64,000 nt of DNA from Solirubrobacterales bacterium (GCA_038203635.1 JBBRDT010000002.1:5030-69029); one strand, 5' to 3'; shown: positions 44,680-55,420, counted from the stretch's first letter. Notes: generated by a model from the sequence alone, not told the origin. Made by a program: numbers and translations.

Positions 44680-44895
44680 TTGAAGACGAAGGAAGTGAGA
44701 AACCTCGACAACGAGCAGTTGGTCGACAAGGTGCGCGAGTTCCGCGAGGAGCTGTTCAACCTGCAGTTCCGCAACTCCACGGGCGAGCTGGAGAACACCG
44801 CCCGCCTGCGGGAGGCCAAGCGCACGCTCGCTCGCACGCTGACGATTGCCCGCGAGCGCAACCTGGACATCGAAATCGAGCTTCGGAAGGCATAG
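44680..44895 (+). CDS. rpmC: 50S ribosomal protein L29
   Basis: TTG start. Sequence and synteny. Confidence 0.95.
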   Translation: MKTKEVRNLDNEQLVDKVREFREELFNLQFRNSTGELENTARLREAKRTLARTLTIARERNLDIEIELRKA

Positions 44896-44905
44896 GCAAC
44901 ACGTG

Positions 44906-45556
44906 ATGGCGGAAGACGAAAAGGACCAGCAGCCCACAGAGGCAGAGGCCCCGGCTGAGGCAGAGGCCCCGGCTCCGGAAGAGCCCGTGGCGGAGACTCC
45001 CGCCCCGGAGCCGGAGCCGGAAGCGCCCGCCGCCGCGCCGGCTCCCGCCGCCGAGGCCGAGCCCCCCGCACCGCAGCTGTCTCCGAAGGAGCGCCGCCGC
45101 CTTGCACGCTCCACCGCCACCGGCCCCGGCGGCCCGCCCAGATCTCTGGAGGACCGCCTGCGCGAGCGCGCCGAGGGGCGCGCGCGGAAGGCAAAGGAGC
45201 GCACGCGCTGGCGCGCGAAGCGGAAGGCCCGTGATTCTGAAAAAAACCGTGATTCTGTAAGCAGAATCACGGGTGGGCAGCAGGACAGCCCTTCGGCCCC
45301 GCAGGAGAGTGTCGCGCGCAAGACGCGCCAGGGCGTGGTCGTGTCGAACAAGGCGGACAAGACGATCACCGTCCGCATCGACCGCGTCGCCCGGCACCGG
45401 GTCTATGGAAAGGTCATGCGGGAGACCGGCACGCTGCACGCCCACGACGAGCGCAACGAGGCGAACGAGGGCGATGTCGTGCGGGTCGGCGAATCGCGCC
45501 CGCTGTCGCGTACCAAGCGCTGGCGGCTGCTCGAAGTCCTCGAGAAGGCCCGCTAG
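44906..45556 (+). CDS. rpsQ: 30S ribosomal protein S17, with an apparent 135-aa low-complexity N-terminal extension
   Basis: S17 core ([23 protein letters not shown]...) begins near 45313. The only in-frame canonical start after the rpmC stop is the ATG at 44906. Confidence 0.8.
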   Translation: MAEDEKDQQPTEAEAPAEAEAPAPEEPVAETPAPEPEPEAPAAAPAPAAEAEPPAPQLSPKERRRLARSTATGPGGPPRSLEDRLRERAEGRARKAKERTRWRAKRKARDSEKNRDSVSRITGGQQDSPSAPQESVARKTRQGVVVSNKADKTITVRIDRVARHRVYGKVMRETGTLHAHDERNEANEGDVVRVGESRPLSRTKRWRLLEVLEKAR

Positions 45557-45567
45557 GGGGGCGTCAC

Positions 45568-45936
45568 GTGATCCAGGCTGAGACAAGGCTGAAGGTGGCC
45601 GACAACACCGGCGCGCGAGAGCTGCTTTGCATTCGCGTGAAGGGTGGTTCGCGGCGCCGCTACGCAGGCGTCGGCGACGTGATCGTCGGCACCGTCAAGA
45701 GCGCTACTCCACAGGGTGCGGTCAAGAAGGGCGAGGTCGTGCAGGCCGTCGTGGTCCGCACGCGCCGTCAGCTGGGTCGCAAGGACGGGACCTACATCGC
45801 GTTCGACGAGAACGCCGCCGTGCTGATCGACGCCGCGAACAATCCCCGCGGCACCCGCATCTTCGGACCTGTGGCGCGCGAGCTGCGCGAGCGTAACTTC
45901 ATGAAGATCGTCTCCCTCGCCCCGGAGGTCCTGTAA
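45568..45936 (+). CDS. rplN: 50S ribosomal protein L14
   Basis: GTG start. [18 protein letters not shown]. Confidence 0.98.
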   Translation: MIQAETRLKVADNTGARELLCIRVKGGSRRRYAGVGDVIVGTVKSATPQGAVKKGEVVQAVVVRTRRQLGRKDGTYIAFDENAAVLIDAANNPRGTRIFGPVARELRERNFMKIVSLAPEVL

Positions 45937-45938
45937 CG

Positions 45939-46283
45939 ATGGCCGCCAAGGTGCGACGTGGCGACACGGTCGCGGTGGTCGCCGGCAAGGACTCCGGCAA
46001 GCAGGGACGTGTCCTGCGTGTGGACCCGAAGAAGGAAAGGGTCTTCGTCGAGGGCCTCAACATGGTCAAGCGTCACCAGCGCCCACGCTCGCTGAAGGAC
46101 ACGCAGCGCGGAGGCAAGGTGGGCGGCGTGATCGAGAAGGAGGGCCCGATCCACATCTCGAACGTGATGCTCGTGGATCCGCGCGACAACAAGCCCACAC
46201 GTGTGCGCATCGAGCGAACCGACGAAGGCAGACGCGAGCGCGTCACCGTCCTGTCCGGCCAGAAGCTCCCGGAGTCGAGCTAG
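45939..46283 (+). CDS. rplX: 50S ribosomal protein L24
   Basis: KOW motif sequence and synteny. Confidence 0.97.
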   Translation: MAAKVRRGDTVAVVAGKDSGKQGRVLRVDPKKERVFVEGLNMVKRHQRPRSLKDTQRGGKVGGVIEKEGPIHISNVMLVDPRDNKPTRVRIERTDEGRRERVTVLSGQKLPESS

Positions 46284-46288
46284 GTCTG

Positions 46289-47041
46289 ATGCCGGCCCGA
46301 CTCAGCGAGCGATATGAGAGCGAGATCAAGCCGCAGCTGATGGAGCGGTTCGGGTACTCGAGCGTCATGCAGGCGCCCCGCGTGCTGAAGATCACGGTCA
46401 ACATGGGTGTGGGCGAGGCGAAGCAGGACAGCAAGATGCTGGATGCGGCCGCCGAGCAGCTCGCCACGATCGTGGGACAGAAACCTGCGGTGCGGCGGGC
46501 GAAGAAGTCCATCGCCGGGTTCAAGCTGCGTGAGGGAATGCCCGTCGGGGTGGTGACGACGCTGCGGCGGGACCGCATGTGGGAGATGCTCGACCGGCTG
46601 CAGTCGATCGCGATCCCGCGGATCCGAGACTTCCGGGGCCTCAACCCGCGCTCGTTCGACGGCCGCGGCAACTACACGCTCGGCCTCCGCGAGCAGATCA
46701 TCTTTCCCGAGATCGACTACGACTCGATCGACCAGGTCCGTGGCCTGAACGTCACGATCACGACTTCGGCCGAGACCGACGACGAGGCCCGCGAGCTCCT
46801 GCGGCTGCTGGGGATGCCGTTCCGCGCCGAGGAGCGCGGCCCGACCGCCGCGGAGGTCCGCCAGGCCCAGCAGCTTGCGGACGAGAAGCGCGCGGCCGAG
46901 CAGCAGGCGACCGAGCAGCTCAAGGCCGAGCGCGGCGAGACTGAGGAAGACGAAGGCGCAGAGACTGATTCAGGTGACGGGGCCGCGGGGGGAGGCTCCG
47001 AAGGAGCCGATGGGGGCCAAGCCCCCTTAGGGAACGAATAG
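46289..47041 (+). CDS. rplE: 50S ribosomal protein L5 with an acidic C-terminal tail
   Basis: L5 core to about aa 181 (…LLGMPFR), then about 68 aa of Glu/Ala/Gln/Gly-rich tail. Confidence 0.95.
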   Translation: MPARLSERYESEIKPQLMERFGYSSVMQAPRVLKITVNMGVGEAKQDSKMLDAAAEQLATIVGQKPAVRRAKKSIAGFKLREGMPVGVVTTLRRDRMWEMLDRLQSIAIPRIRDFRGLNPRSFDGRGNYTLGLREQIIFPEIDYDSIDQVRGLNVTITTSAETDDEARELLRLLGMPFRAEERGPTAAEVRQAQQLADEKRAAEQQATEQLKAERGETEEDEGAETDSGDGAAGGGSEGADGGQAPLGNE

Positions 47042-47047
47042 GAGACC

Positions 47048-47233
47048 ATGGCAAAGACATCACAGAGAGTCCGCCAGCAACGCGGGAGCAAGTTCAAGAC
47101 ACGCAACTACAATCGCTGTCGCCGGTGTGGGCGCGCGCGGGCGTATTACCGGAAGTTCGGCCTGTGCCGCATCTGCCTGCGGGAGATCGCCCACCAGGGC
47201 ATGATCCCCGGCATGACCAAGTCCTCCTGGTAA
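47048..47233 (+). CDS. rpsZ: 30S ribosomal protein S14 type Z (zinc-binding)
   Basis: 61 aa with CRRCGR ... CRIC motifs. Confidence 0.96.
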   Translation: MAKTSQRVRQQRGSKFKTRNYNRCRRCGRARAYYRKFGLCRICLREIAHQGMIPGMTKSSW

Positions 47234-47246
47234 GTCGGAGAAAGCT

Positions 47247-47675
47247 TTGACCGATTCAGTCGCAGACTTCCTGACGCGCCTTCGAAACGCGATCCACGCG
47301 GACCATGACGACGTCGTGGTCCCGGCCTCGCGGATGAACCAGGAGCTCGCCCGCGTGCTGCAGCAGGAGGGCTACGTCCTCGGGTTCGCGGTCGAGACGA
47401 CGGATCGCCCGCCCGGGTCGAGCAGTCACAAGACCACCGCGGAGTTCCAGGCGCTGCGAATCCGGCTCAAGTACACCGAGGACCGCGAGCCGGTGATCAG
47501 CGGCCTGCGGCGCATCTCGACTCCCGGCCGCCGCCAGTACACGAACGCCGACCAGCTTCCCCGCGTGCAGGGCGGCATGGGCACCGCGATCCTGACCACC
47601 TCGAAAGGCGTGATGACCGCCTACCAGGCACGTGACGCGCGTGTCGGGGGCGAAGTTCTCGCCCACATCTGGTGA
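47247..47675 (+). CDS. rpsH: 30S ribosomal protein S8
   Basis: TTG start. [13 protein letters not shown]. Confidence 0.97.
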   Translation: MTDSVADFLTRLRNAIHADHDDVVVPASRMNQELARVLQQEGYVLGFAVETTDRPPGSSSHKTTAEFQALRIRLKYTEDREPVISGLRRISTPGRRQYTNADQLPRVQGGMGTAILTTSKGVMTAYQARDARVGGEVLAHIW

Positions 47676-47679
47676 GCAT

Positions 47680-48213
47680 GTGAGCAGGATCGGCAGACTT
47701 CCAATCCAGATCCCCGACGGCGTCGAGGTCCAGCTCGAGACCGGGTTGGTGCGCGTGGCGGGTCCCAGGGGCAGGCTCGAGCAGGTGGTGTCGCCGGAGC
47801 TGTCGTTCGAGCGCGAGGACTCCACGCTCGTGGTGAAGCGCCCAACGGATCGCGGGGAGCATCGTGCCCTGCACGGACTCACGCGCAGTCTCGTCAACAA
47901 CATGGTCGAGGGCGTCACCAACGGCTTCGAGAAGCGGCTCGAGATCCAGGGCGTCGGGTATCGCGCGCAGCTAAAGGGCAACACCCTGGAGCTGGCGCTC
48001 GGCTTCTCCCATCCCGTGCGCTTCGACGCGCCCGACGGGATCGAGTTCGACGTCCCGGCGCCCACGCAAGTCATCGTGCGCGGCATCGACAAGCAGGCGG
48101 TGGGCGAGGTCGCCGCGCGAATCCGCAAGTTCAGGCCGCCCGAGCCCTACAAGGGCAAGGGTGTGCGATACGTGGGTGAGCATGTCGCGCGGAAGGTGGG
48201 CAAGCGCGCATGA
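47680..48213 (+). CDS. rplF: 50S ribosomal protein L6
   Basis: In-frame GTG at 47680 ([17 protein letters not shown]), just after the rpsH stop. Confidence 0.96.
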   Translation: MSRIGRLPIQIPDGVEVQLETGLVRVAGPRGRLEQVVSPELSFEREDSTLVVKRPTDRGEHRALHGLTRSLVNNMVEGVTNGFEKRLEIQGVGYRAQLKGNTLELALGFSHPVRFDAPDGIEFDVPAPTQVIVRGIDKQAVGEVAARIRKFRPPEPYKGKGVRYVGEHVARKVGKRA

Positions 48214-48569
48214 CGACTGCGACCATCGAGAAGCGCGCGCGCCGCGACCGCAGGCGCCGGCGCATCCGCGCACGGGCGATCGGCACCGCTGAGCGCCCGC
48301 GGCTGTCGGTCTTCCGCTCGAATCGCGGGTTGGTTGCCCAGCTGGTCGACGACGACCGCGGGCACACGGTCGCCTCGGTCCGGTGGTTCGAGCAGGAGCT
48401 GCGCGATCTCAAGGCGATGGAGCAGGCCAAGCGCGTCGGGGAGTTGCTGGCGCAGCGGGCCGGCGAGGCCGGGATCGAAGCGTGCATCTTCGATCGCGGC
48501 GGTTACAAGTACCACGGTCGTGTGAAGGCGCTGGCCGACGGCGCCCGCGAAGGCGGCCTCAAGTTTTGA
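48210..48569 (+). CDS. rplR: 50S ribosomal protein L18
   Basis: Sequence and synteny. Confidence 0.97.
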   Translation: MTTATIEKRARRDRRRRRIRARAIGTAERPRLSVFRSNRGLVAQLVDDDRGHTVASVRWFEQELRDLKAMEQAKRVGELLAQRAGEAGIEACIFDRGGYKYHGRVKALADGAREGGLKF

Positions 48570-48607
48570 CCTTTTTTCTAGACGGACCCCTTTAGTACCC
48601 TCAGCAA

Positions 48608-49189
48608 ATGGCTCGAGACGATCGCATCAACCCACAGGGACTCGATCTCCAGGAGCGGGTCGTGGCCATCAACCGTGTCGCGAAGGTGGTCAAGGGCGGC
48701 CGGCGCTTCTCTTTCACGGCGCTGGTCGTGGTCGGCGACGAGGATCAGATCGTGGGCGTCGGCTACGGCAAGGCCAACGAGGTCCCGCTCGCGATCCAGA
48801 AGGCCGTCGAGCGCGGGAAGAAGAGCCTGTTCCGGGTGCCCAAGCACCATCAGACGATCACGCATCAGATCATCGGCCGCTACGGCTCCGGAAAGGTCCT
48901 CTTGAAGCCTGCCTCGGAGGGAACCGGCGTGATCGCGGGTGGCCCTGTACGAGCCGTGCTCGAGCTCGCGGGGATCAAGGACGTGCTTTCGAAGAGCCTC
49001 GGCACCCAGAACCCGATCAACCTCGTGAAGGCGACGGTCGAAGGACTCCGCTCCCTGAAGCGCCCGGAGGAGATCGCTGCGCTGCGCGGCAAGACCGTCG
49101 CACAGGTGCTCGGCCTGCAGGAGCGGCCCGCTGCGACGACGGAGAGCACCGTGACTGCCGCGGCACCTGCAGCGGCGGCGGCGGAGTAG
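48608..49189 (+). CDS. rpsE: 30S ribosomal protein S5
   Basis: Sequence ([20 protein letters not shown]) and synteny. Confidence 0.98.
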   Translation: MARDDRINPQGLDLQERVVAINRVAKVVKGGRRFSFTALVVVGDEDQIVGVGYGKANEVPLAIQKAVERGKKSLFRVPKHHQTITHQIIGRYGSGKVLLKPASEGTGVIAGGPVRAVLELAGIKDVLSKSLGTQNPINLVKATVEGLRSLKRPEEIAALRGKTVAQVLGLQERPAATTESTVTAAAPAAAAAE

Positions 49190-49195
49190 CTGATC

Positions 49196-49396
49196 GTGTC
49201 CGCGAAGCTGTTGATCAGCCAGCGCCGCAGCTCCGCGGGTGCAAACCGGCCGCAGCGTGAGACGCTGCGCACGCTCGGCCTGCACGGCATCGGTACCTCG
49301 ACGGAGCGACCCGACGGGCCCGCGCTGCGTGGCATGCTGCGGCGCGTGGCACACCTCGTGGAGGTGCAGGAGAACAAGGGGGCGGCGAATGCCTGA
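49196..49396 (+). CDS. rpmD: 50S ribosomal protein L30
   Basis: GTG start. Sequence and synteny. Confidence 0.93.
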   Translation: MSAKLLISQRRSSAGANRPQRETLRTLGLHGIGTSTERPDGPALRGMLRRVAHLVEVQENKGAANA

Positions 49397-49907
49397 CGAC
49401 GCGGACATCGGCCTTCACACCCTGGCACCGCCACGCGGCGCACACAAAGCCCGCAAGCGCGTTGGCAGGGGCGAGGGCTCGGGTTACGGCAAGACCTCGG
49501 GACGCGGCCAGGGGGGCGCGGGATCGCGCTCCGGCAGCAAGCGCAAGGCCGGGTACGAGGGCGGCCAGATCCCCCTGCACATGCGGATGCGCAAGCTGCG
49601 CGGCCCGCACATGAAGAAGTCGATGCCCTTCGAGCCGTTCCGGACTCACAACCAGCCCGTCAACCTCGAGGACCTGAACCGCTTCGAGGACGGCGCAGAG
49701 GTCACTCCCGCGACGCTCCGTGCCCGCGGCCTGGCCACGCACAAGGACACCCCGGTGAAGATCCTCGCTCGTGGTGAGGTGACGCGCAAGAACCTCGTCG
49801 TGTCGGCCCACTCCTTCAGCGCGAAGGCGCGTGAGGCGATCGAGGCTGCCGGCGGCACGTGCACCGTCATCGAGAAGAAGCAGCCTTGGAGGCGCAGCAA
49901 ATCATGA
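49389..49907 (+). CDS. rplO: 50S ribosomal protein L15
   Basis: ATG at 49389 overlaps the rpmD end. KRVGRGEGSGYGKTSGRG motif. Confidence 0.95.
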   Translation: MPDDADIGLHTLAPPRGAHKARKRVGRGEGSGYGKTSGRGQGGAGSRSGSKRKAGYEGGQIPLHMRMRKLRGPHMKKSMPFEPFRTHNQPVNLEDLNRFEDGAEVTPATLRARGLATHKDTPVKILARGEVTRKNLVVSAHSFSAKAREAIEAAGGTCTVIEKKQPWRRSKS

Positions 49908-51175
49908 TCGCCACGATCGCCAACTCGTTCAGCGTTCCCGAGATCCGGCGAAAGATCCTGTTCACGGCTGCGATCCTGACGCTCTACCGCCTGGGCGCGG
50001 TGGTCCCGGTCCCGGGCGTCGACATCGACGCGGTGAAGAACGTCGGGGACAGCTTCAACGGGTCCAACATCCTCGGGTTCCTGAATCTCTTCTCCGGCGG
50101 CGGCCTGCAGAACTTCGCGGTCTTCTCGCTGGGCATCATGCCCTACATCACCGCATCGATCATCCTGCAGCTGTTGACGGTTGCGGTGCCCTCGCTCGAG
50201 AAGCTCCAGAAAGAGGGCGAGGTCGGACAGCAGAAGATCACCCAGTACACGCGCTACCTGACCGTGGCCCTGGCGGCGGCGCAGTCGCTCGGCTTCGTGT
50301 TCCTGTTCCGCACGATCGGCGACCAGTCGGGCGAGAGCATCGTGGGCACGCTCACCTTCGGCAAGCTCTTCATGATCATGGTGACGCTCACCGCCGGCTG
50401 CACGCTCCTGATGTGGATGGGCGAGCTGATCACCCAGCGCGGCATCGGGAACGGGATCTCGCTGATGATCTTCGCCTCGATCATCTCCGGGCTCCTGCCC
50501 GGCATCCAGGCCTGGTGGACCAACCCGGACCAGGTGTTCGTGGTGATGATGCCGTTCATCGCGCTCGCCGTGATCGTGGGCATCGTGTTCATCCAGGAAG
50601 GACAGCGGCGGATTCCCGTGCAGTACGCGAAGCGGGTCGTCGGGCGCCGCATGACGAGCGGCGGCTCGACCTACCTGCCCCTGCGCGTCAACATGGCCGG
50701 CGTGATCCCCGTGATCTTCGCGGCCTCGATCATGGCCTTCCCGCCGACCATCGGAGAGCTGACGCAGGCGAACTGGGCGCAGGACATCTCGGCGTTCTTC
50801 AGTCCCAACGGATGGGCGTTCATCGTCGGGGAGTGCTTCTTCATCTTCATCTTCACGTACTTCTATACGGCCGTGACGTTCAACCCGGTGGACCAGGCCG
50901 ACAACCTGAAGAAGTACGGGGGCTTCATCCCTGGCGTACGTCCCGGGCGCCCGACGGCCGAGTACCTGGATCGCATCCTGGCCCGCCTCACGTTCCCTGG
51001 CGCGATTTTCCTTGCCGCCGTGGCGGCCTTCCCCACGCTGCTTTTCAACCAGACCGGCGCCAACTTCTATTTCGGCGGCACCTCGCTGCTGATCGCGATC
51101 GGCGTCGCGCTGGACACGGTGAAGCAGCTGGAGGCGCAGCTCATGATGCGCAACTACGAGGGCTTCTTGAAATAG
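49904..51175 (+). CDS. secY: Preprotein translocase subunit SecY
   Basis: ATG at 49904 (ATGA overlap with rplO), RBS GGAGG. 10-TM SecY sequence. Confidence 0.97.
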   Translation: MIATIANSFSVPEIRRKILFTAAILTLYRLGAVVPVPGVDIDAVKNVGDSFNGSNILGFLNLFSGGGLQNFAVFSLGIMPYITASIILQLLTVAVPSLEKLQKEGEVGQQKITQYTRYLTVALAAAQSLGFVFLFRTIGDQSGESIVGTLTFGKLFMIMVTLTAGCTLLMWMGELITQRGIGNGISLMIFASIISGLLPGIQAWWTNPDQVFVVMMPFIALAVIVGIVFIQEGQRRIPVQYAKRVVGRRMTSGGSTYLPLRVNMAGVIPVIFAASIMAFPPTIGELTQANWAQDISAFFSPNGWAFIVGECFFIFIFTYFYTAVTFNPVDQADNLKKYGGFIPGVRPGRPTAEYLDRILARLTFPGAIFLAAVAAFPTLLFNQTGANFYFGGTSLLIAIGVALDTVKQLEAQLMMRNYEGFLK

Positions 51176-51182
51176 CCCGGCT

Positions 51183-51857
51183 GTGCCCGAGCTGAACCTC
51201 ATACTGCTCGGTCCGCCCGGTGCCGGGAAGGGGACCCAGGCGGAGCGTCTCGTGGAGGACTTCGGCCTTCCGTACGTTGCCACGGGCAACCTCCTGCGCA
51301 CGGCCGTGACCGATCAGACCGAGCTCGGTCTGAAAGCCAAGGAGTACATGGACCGCGGCGACCTCGTGCCCGACGACCTGATCATCAAGATGATCCTGCA
51401 GTACCTGGAGGACCAGGACACGACCAACGGCTTCATCCTGGACGGCTTTCCGCGCACGGGGGGACAGGCCGAGGCGCTCGAGAAGGAGCTCGACAAGCGC
51501 AACCGCTCGCTGACGGCGGCACTGCTGATGGAGGTCGACGAGGACACCGTCGTCGACCGGCTGTCGGGCCGCCGCATGTGCGTCAAGGGCCAGCACAACT
51601 TCCACATGAAGTTCGACCCTCCCAAGCACCCGGAGCGCTGCGACATGGACGGCAGCCGCCTGGTGCAGCGCGACGACGACAAGCCGGAGGTGATCCAGCA
51701 CCGCCTCCAGCAATACCACGAGAAAACGGAACCCCTCATCGAGTATTACGACCGCAAGGGGATGCTCCGGCGCATCGACGCGTCGCGGGATCCCGAGAAG
51801 GTGAGCGACCAGATCCGCGCGACGCTGGCCAGCCTGAAGTTGGAAAACTCCGTCTAG
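51183..51857 (+). CDS. adk: Adenylate kinase
   Basis: GTG start. LILLGPPGAGKGTQA P-loop. Long lid domain. Confidence 0.97.
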   Translation: MPELNLILLGPPGAGKGTQAERLVEDFGLPYVATGNLLRTAVTDQTELGLKAKEYMDRGDLVPDDLIIKMILQYLEDQDTTNGFILDGFPRTGGQAEALEKELDKRNRSLTAALLMEVDEDTVVDRLSGRRMCVKGQHNFHMKFDPPKHPERCDMDGSRLVQRDDDKPEVIQHRLQQYHEKTEPLIEYYDRKGMLRRIDASRDPEKVSDQIRATLASLKLENSV

Positions 51858-51859
51858 GG

Positions 51860-52633
51860 ATGATCGTTCACAAGACACCCGAGGAGATCGAGGTCGTGGC
51901 GGAGGCCGGCGAGATCGTCGCGGGTTGTCTGGCCATGCTGCGCACGATGTGCCGGCCGGGCACGACGACGGCGGAGCTCGACAAGGCGGCGGACAAGTTC
52001 ATCCGGGCGCGTGGAGGCGAGCCGGCCTTCAAGGGCTATCGCGGCTTCCCGGCATCGATCTGCACCTCCCCGAACTCCATGGTGGTCCACGGCATCCCCG
52101 GGGACTACGAGCTCACGTCCGGAGACGTGCTCTCCATCGACGTCGGGGTCGAGTACGAGGGCTGGGTCGCCGACGCCGCCCTGACGGTGGCGCTGCGCCC
52201 GGTCAGCCCGATCGCTGCGCGCCTGCTGAAGGCGACGCGCGAATCGCTGGAGGCAGCGACCGAGCAGGCCGTGGCCGGGAACCGGCTGGGCGACGTGTCC
52301 CATGCGGTGCAGGAACGCGTCGAGCGCGACGGCCTGTCGGTGATCCGCTCGCTGGTCGGGCACGGGATCGGGCGCCAGATGCACGAGGACCCGCAGGTGC
52401 CCAACTTCGGCGAGCCGGGCCGGGGCATGGTGCTCGAGGAGGGCATGGTCTTCTGCGTCGAGCCGATGGTGTGCGCCGGCGGGCACGCGGTCCGGATGGG
52501 GGACGACAACTGGGCGATCTACTCCCAGGACGGGTCCCTCACGGCCCATTTCGAGCACACGATCGCGGTGACGGCGGAGGGGCCGCGGATCCTCACGCCG
52601 TGGCATCTGAAGGAGGATCGCGCCGCCGCCTGA
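51860..52633 (+). CDS. map: Type I methionine aminopeptidase
   Basis: ATG at 51860 (MIVHKTPEEIE...). The upstream part of ORF 51578..52633 overlaps adk. Confidence 0.96.
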   Translation: MIVHKTPEEIEVVAEAGEIVAGCLAMLRTMCRPGTTTAELDKAADKFIRARGGEPAFKGYRGFPASICTSPNSMVVHGIPGDYELTSGDVLSIDVGVEYEGWVADAALTVALRPVSPIAARLLKATRESLEAATEQAVAGNRLGDVSHAVQERVERDGLSVIRSLVGHGIGRQMHEDPQVPNFGEPGRGMVLEEGMVFCVEPMVCAGGHAVRMGDDNWAIYSQDGSLTAHFEHTIAVTAEGPRILTPWHLKEDRAAA

Positions 52634-52753
52634 CATGGATGGCCCTCTGCTAGCATCTCCGGGTCGCGCTCGGCGTCATTTTGAGCCGCGATGTAGGGCT
52701 CGCCGGCCCAACTCCTGGGGTCGGCAGGGCTATCTCTCGAGAAACGGACGGTC

Positions 52754-52867
52754 GTGAAGGTACGCGCCTCGGTAAAGCCCATGTGCGAGAAATGCAAGGT
52801 GATCCGCCGCCGCGGGGTGGTGCTGATCATCTGCCAGAACCCGCGTCACAAACAGCGGCAAGGTTAG
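52754..52867 (+). CDS. rpmJ: 50S ribosomal protein L36 (zinc type)
   Basis: Manual translation from the GTG gives [37 protein letters not shown]. Below the ORF-track cutoff. Confidence 0.92.
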   Translation: MKVRASVKPMCEKCKVIRRRGVVLIICQNPRHKQRQG

Positions 52868-52873
52868 GTAGGA

Positions 52874-53254
52874 ATGGCAAGAATCGCAGGGGTCAACATC
52901 CCTCTCAACAAGCGAATCGAGATTGGGCTCACCTCTATTTTCGGGGTGGGTCGCTCGCGTTCGCTCGAGGTGCTGGCCAAGACCGGGATCGAGCCCGACA
53001 CCTACGTCAAGGATCTGACCGACGACGAGATCATCAAGCTGCGCGAAGCGATCGACGACGATCTCGTGGTCGAGGGCGATCTGCGGCGCGAGCGCTCGCA
53101 GGACATCAAGCGGCTCACCGAGACCGGGACGTACCGGGGCCAGCGTCACCGGCGCGGCCTGCCGGTGCGCGGCCAGCGCACGAAGACGAACGCACGCGGC
53201 CGCAAGGGCCCCCGCCGCGGCCAGGTCGCCCAGAAGAAGAAGGTCTCCAAGTGA
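52874..53254 (+). CDS. rpsM: 30S ribosomal protein S13
   Basis: Sequence and synteny. Confidence 0.98.
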   Translation: MARIAGVNIPLNKRIEIGLTSIFGVGRSRSLEVLAKTGIEPDTYVKDLTDDEIIKLREAIDDDLVVEGDLRRERSQDIKRLTETGTYRGQRHRRGLPVRGQRTKTNARGRKGPRRGQVAQKKKVSK

Positions 53255-53277
53255 GCCGGAAGGAGATCGCCTAACCC

Positions 53278-53676
53278 ATGCCCCAGGCAAGACCGGGACG
53301 GCCACGCGGCCGGCGCCGTGTGCGCAAGAACATCCCCGTGGGCCAAGCCCACATCAAGACGTCTTTCAACAACACGATCGTCACCCTCACCGACCGCGAA
53401 GGCAATGTGATCGCGTGGGAGTCGGCCGGGGGCGCCGGGTTCAAGGGATCCCGCAAGTCCACCCCCTTCGCCGCGCAGGTGACCGCCGAGGCGGCCGCCA
53501 GGAAGGGCATGGAGCACGGATTGCAGAAGGTCGAGTGCCACGTCAAGGGCCCCGGCTCGGGACGCGAGACAGCTATCCGCTCGCTGCAGGCAGCGGGGCT
53601 CGAGGTGACCGGTGTGAAGGACGTGACCCCGCAGGCCCACAACGGCTGCCGCCCACGGAAGCGCCGCCGGGTTTAG
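53278..53676 (+). CDS. rpsK: 30S ribosomal protein S11
   Basis: Sequence and synteny. Confidence 0.98.
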   Translation: MPQARPGRPRGRRRVRKNIPVGQAHIKTSFNNTIVTLTDREGNVIAWESAGGAGFKGSRKSTPFAAQVTAEAAARKGMEHGLQKVECHVKGPGSGRETAIRSLQAAGLEVTGVKDVTPQAHNGCRPRKRRRV

Positions 53677-53695
53677 CGACAGAGGCTTTTCAACC

Positions 53696-54316
53696 ATGGC
53701 AAGAGACATCGGACCACAGTGCAAGCAGTGCCGCCGTGAGGGGCAGAAGCTGTTCCTCAAGGGCGAGCGCTGTCTCACGGACAAATGCGCTGTGGAGAAA
53801 AGGCCGTATCCGCCCGGCGATCACGGTCGTGGCCGCGTGCGGGCATCCGAGTACCGCCATCAGCTGCGCGAGAAGCAGAAGGCGCGCCGCTATTACCAGG
53901 TGCTCGAGAAGCAGTTCCGCAACTACTACTTCAAAGCCAGCCGTCAGGCGGGTGTGACAGGCGAGAACCTGCTGCGCCTGCTCGAGCGGCGACTCGACAA
54001 CGTGCTCGTGCGGCTGGGCTTCGCGGCCTCGCGGCGTCAGGCGCGCCAGCTCGTCAACCACGGCCACTTCATGGTCAACGGGCGGCGTGTGAACGTGCCC
54101 TCTTACCAGGTCAAGCCGGGCGAAATCATCTCGGTGCGAGAGAGCTCGAGTGCGATCCCCCTGATTCGTGAGGCCACGGAGGGCACGGCGACTGTTCCGG
54201 CCTGGCTACAGGCCGACTACGACTCGCTGACGGCGAACGTGCTGCGGCTCCCCGAGCGGGACGAGATCAGCGCTCCCGTGCAAGAACAGCTCATCGTCGA
54301 GCTGTATTCGAAGTGA
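53696..54316 (+). CDS. rpsD: 30S ribosomal protein S4
   Basis: Sequence and synteny. Confidence 0.98.
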   Translation: MARDIGPQCKQCRREGQKLFLKGERCLTDKCAVEKRPYPPGDHGRGRVRASEYRHQLREKQKARRYYQVLEKQFRNYYFKASRQAGVTGENLLRLLERRLDNVLVRLGFAASRRQARQLVNHGHFMVNGRRVNVPSYQVKPGEIISVRESSSAIPLIREATEGTATVPAWLQADYDSLTANVLRLPERDEISAPVQEQLIVELYSK

Positions 54317-54408
54317 CTTTCGGTCGTATCCCGGTACGCCGTCCTTAAGCAAAACCGGTCGCGGCCTTGGCCGCGAGCGGCCTTCATTCCAGTTCGGAGG
54401 AACATCAC

Positions 54409-55374
54409 ATGTTGGACTTTCAGATTCCCAAGATCACAGCCGAGCAGATCCAGGACAACAAGGGCAGCTTCACGGTCGAGCCACTCGACCGGGGCTTCGG
54501 CTACACGTTCGGCAACTCCCTGCGCCGCGGGCTGCTGTCGTCCCTCGTGGGCGCAGCCGTGACGTCCGTGCGCATCGAGGGGGTGGCGCACGAGTTCTCG
54601 ACGATCAAGGGAGTGAAGGAGGACGTCACCGACATCGTGCTCAACCTCAAGGACGTGGTCTGCCGTATGCACACGGACGCGGGCGAGGTCGAGGCACCAT
54701 TGATCGCTACCGGTCCGGGTGAGATCACGGCGCGTGACATCGACCTCCCGTCCGGCGTGGAGATCCTCAACCCGAACACCCACATCGCGACGCTCGAGAA
54801 GAAGGCGAAGCTCGAGATCTACCTGACGATCGGCCGGGGTCGCGGCTACCGCCCCGCGGAGGGCAACAAGTCCGACGACCAGCCGATCGGCGTGATCCCG
54901 ATCGACTCCATCTTCTCGCCGGTACGGCGGGTCAACTACAACGTCGAGGCCGCTCGCGTCGGCCAGCGGACCGACTTCGACAAGCTCACGCTCGACATCG
55001 AGACGGACGGCTCGGTCGACCCGCAGGCCGCGTTGCGCGAGGCCGCCGAGGTCCTGATCCAGAGCCTGTCCATCTTCACCGACCCGAGCCGCATCGAGGG
55101 CCTGCGACTGCCGCCCGGCGATGGTGGCGGTGAGGTGACCGGTGGCCTTTCGGCGGTGCCGGCGGCCGACGGGATGGACGACATCCTGATCGAGGAACTC
55201 GAGCTGGGCGTGCGCTCCTACAACTGCCTGAAGCGCGCGGGCATCCAGACGATCGGCGATCTCGTCCTGAAGTCCGAGAACGAGCTAAGCGCGATCCCGA
55301 ACTTCGGGCGCAAGAGCATCGAAGAGGTCAAGGAGACCCTGCGCGTGCGGGGGCTGGGCCTCCGAGATGACTGA
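54409..55374 (+). CDS. rpoA: DNA-directed RNA polymerase subunit alpha
   Basis: ATG at 54409 with GGAGG RBS. C-terminal ELELGVRSYNCLKRAGI domain. Confidence 0.98.
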   Translation: MLDFQIPKITAEQIQDNKGSFTVEPLDRGFGYTFGNSLRRGLLSSLVGAAVTSVRIEGVAHEFSTIKGVKEDVTDIVLNLKDVVCRMHTDAGEVEAPLIATGPGEITARDIDLPSGVEILNPNTHIATLEKKAKLEIYLTIGRGRGYRPAEGNKSDDQPIGVIPIDSIFSPVRRVNYNVEAARVGQRTDFDKLTLDIETDGSVDPQAALREAAEVLIQSLSIFTDPSRIEGLRLPPGDGGGEVTGGLSAVPAADGMDDILIEELELGVRSYNCLKRAGIQTIGDLVLKSENELSAIPNFGRKSIEEVKETLRVRGLGLRDD

Positions 55375-55420
55375 GGTGTGGGCGAAGCCCACTAGATATT
55401 CGGACTAGACTGCCCAAACG

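Noticed and set aside
51578-51859. Upstream extensions of the map ORF (and likewise surE 56137-56607, rpoA 54367-54408, rplO 49239-49388)
   Set aside because: The extensions overlap the preceding well-supported genes. The internal ATG codons give canonical N-termini (MIVHKTPEEIE, MRVLLTNDDG, MLDFQIPK, MPDDADIGL) with good RBS or coupling geometry.
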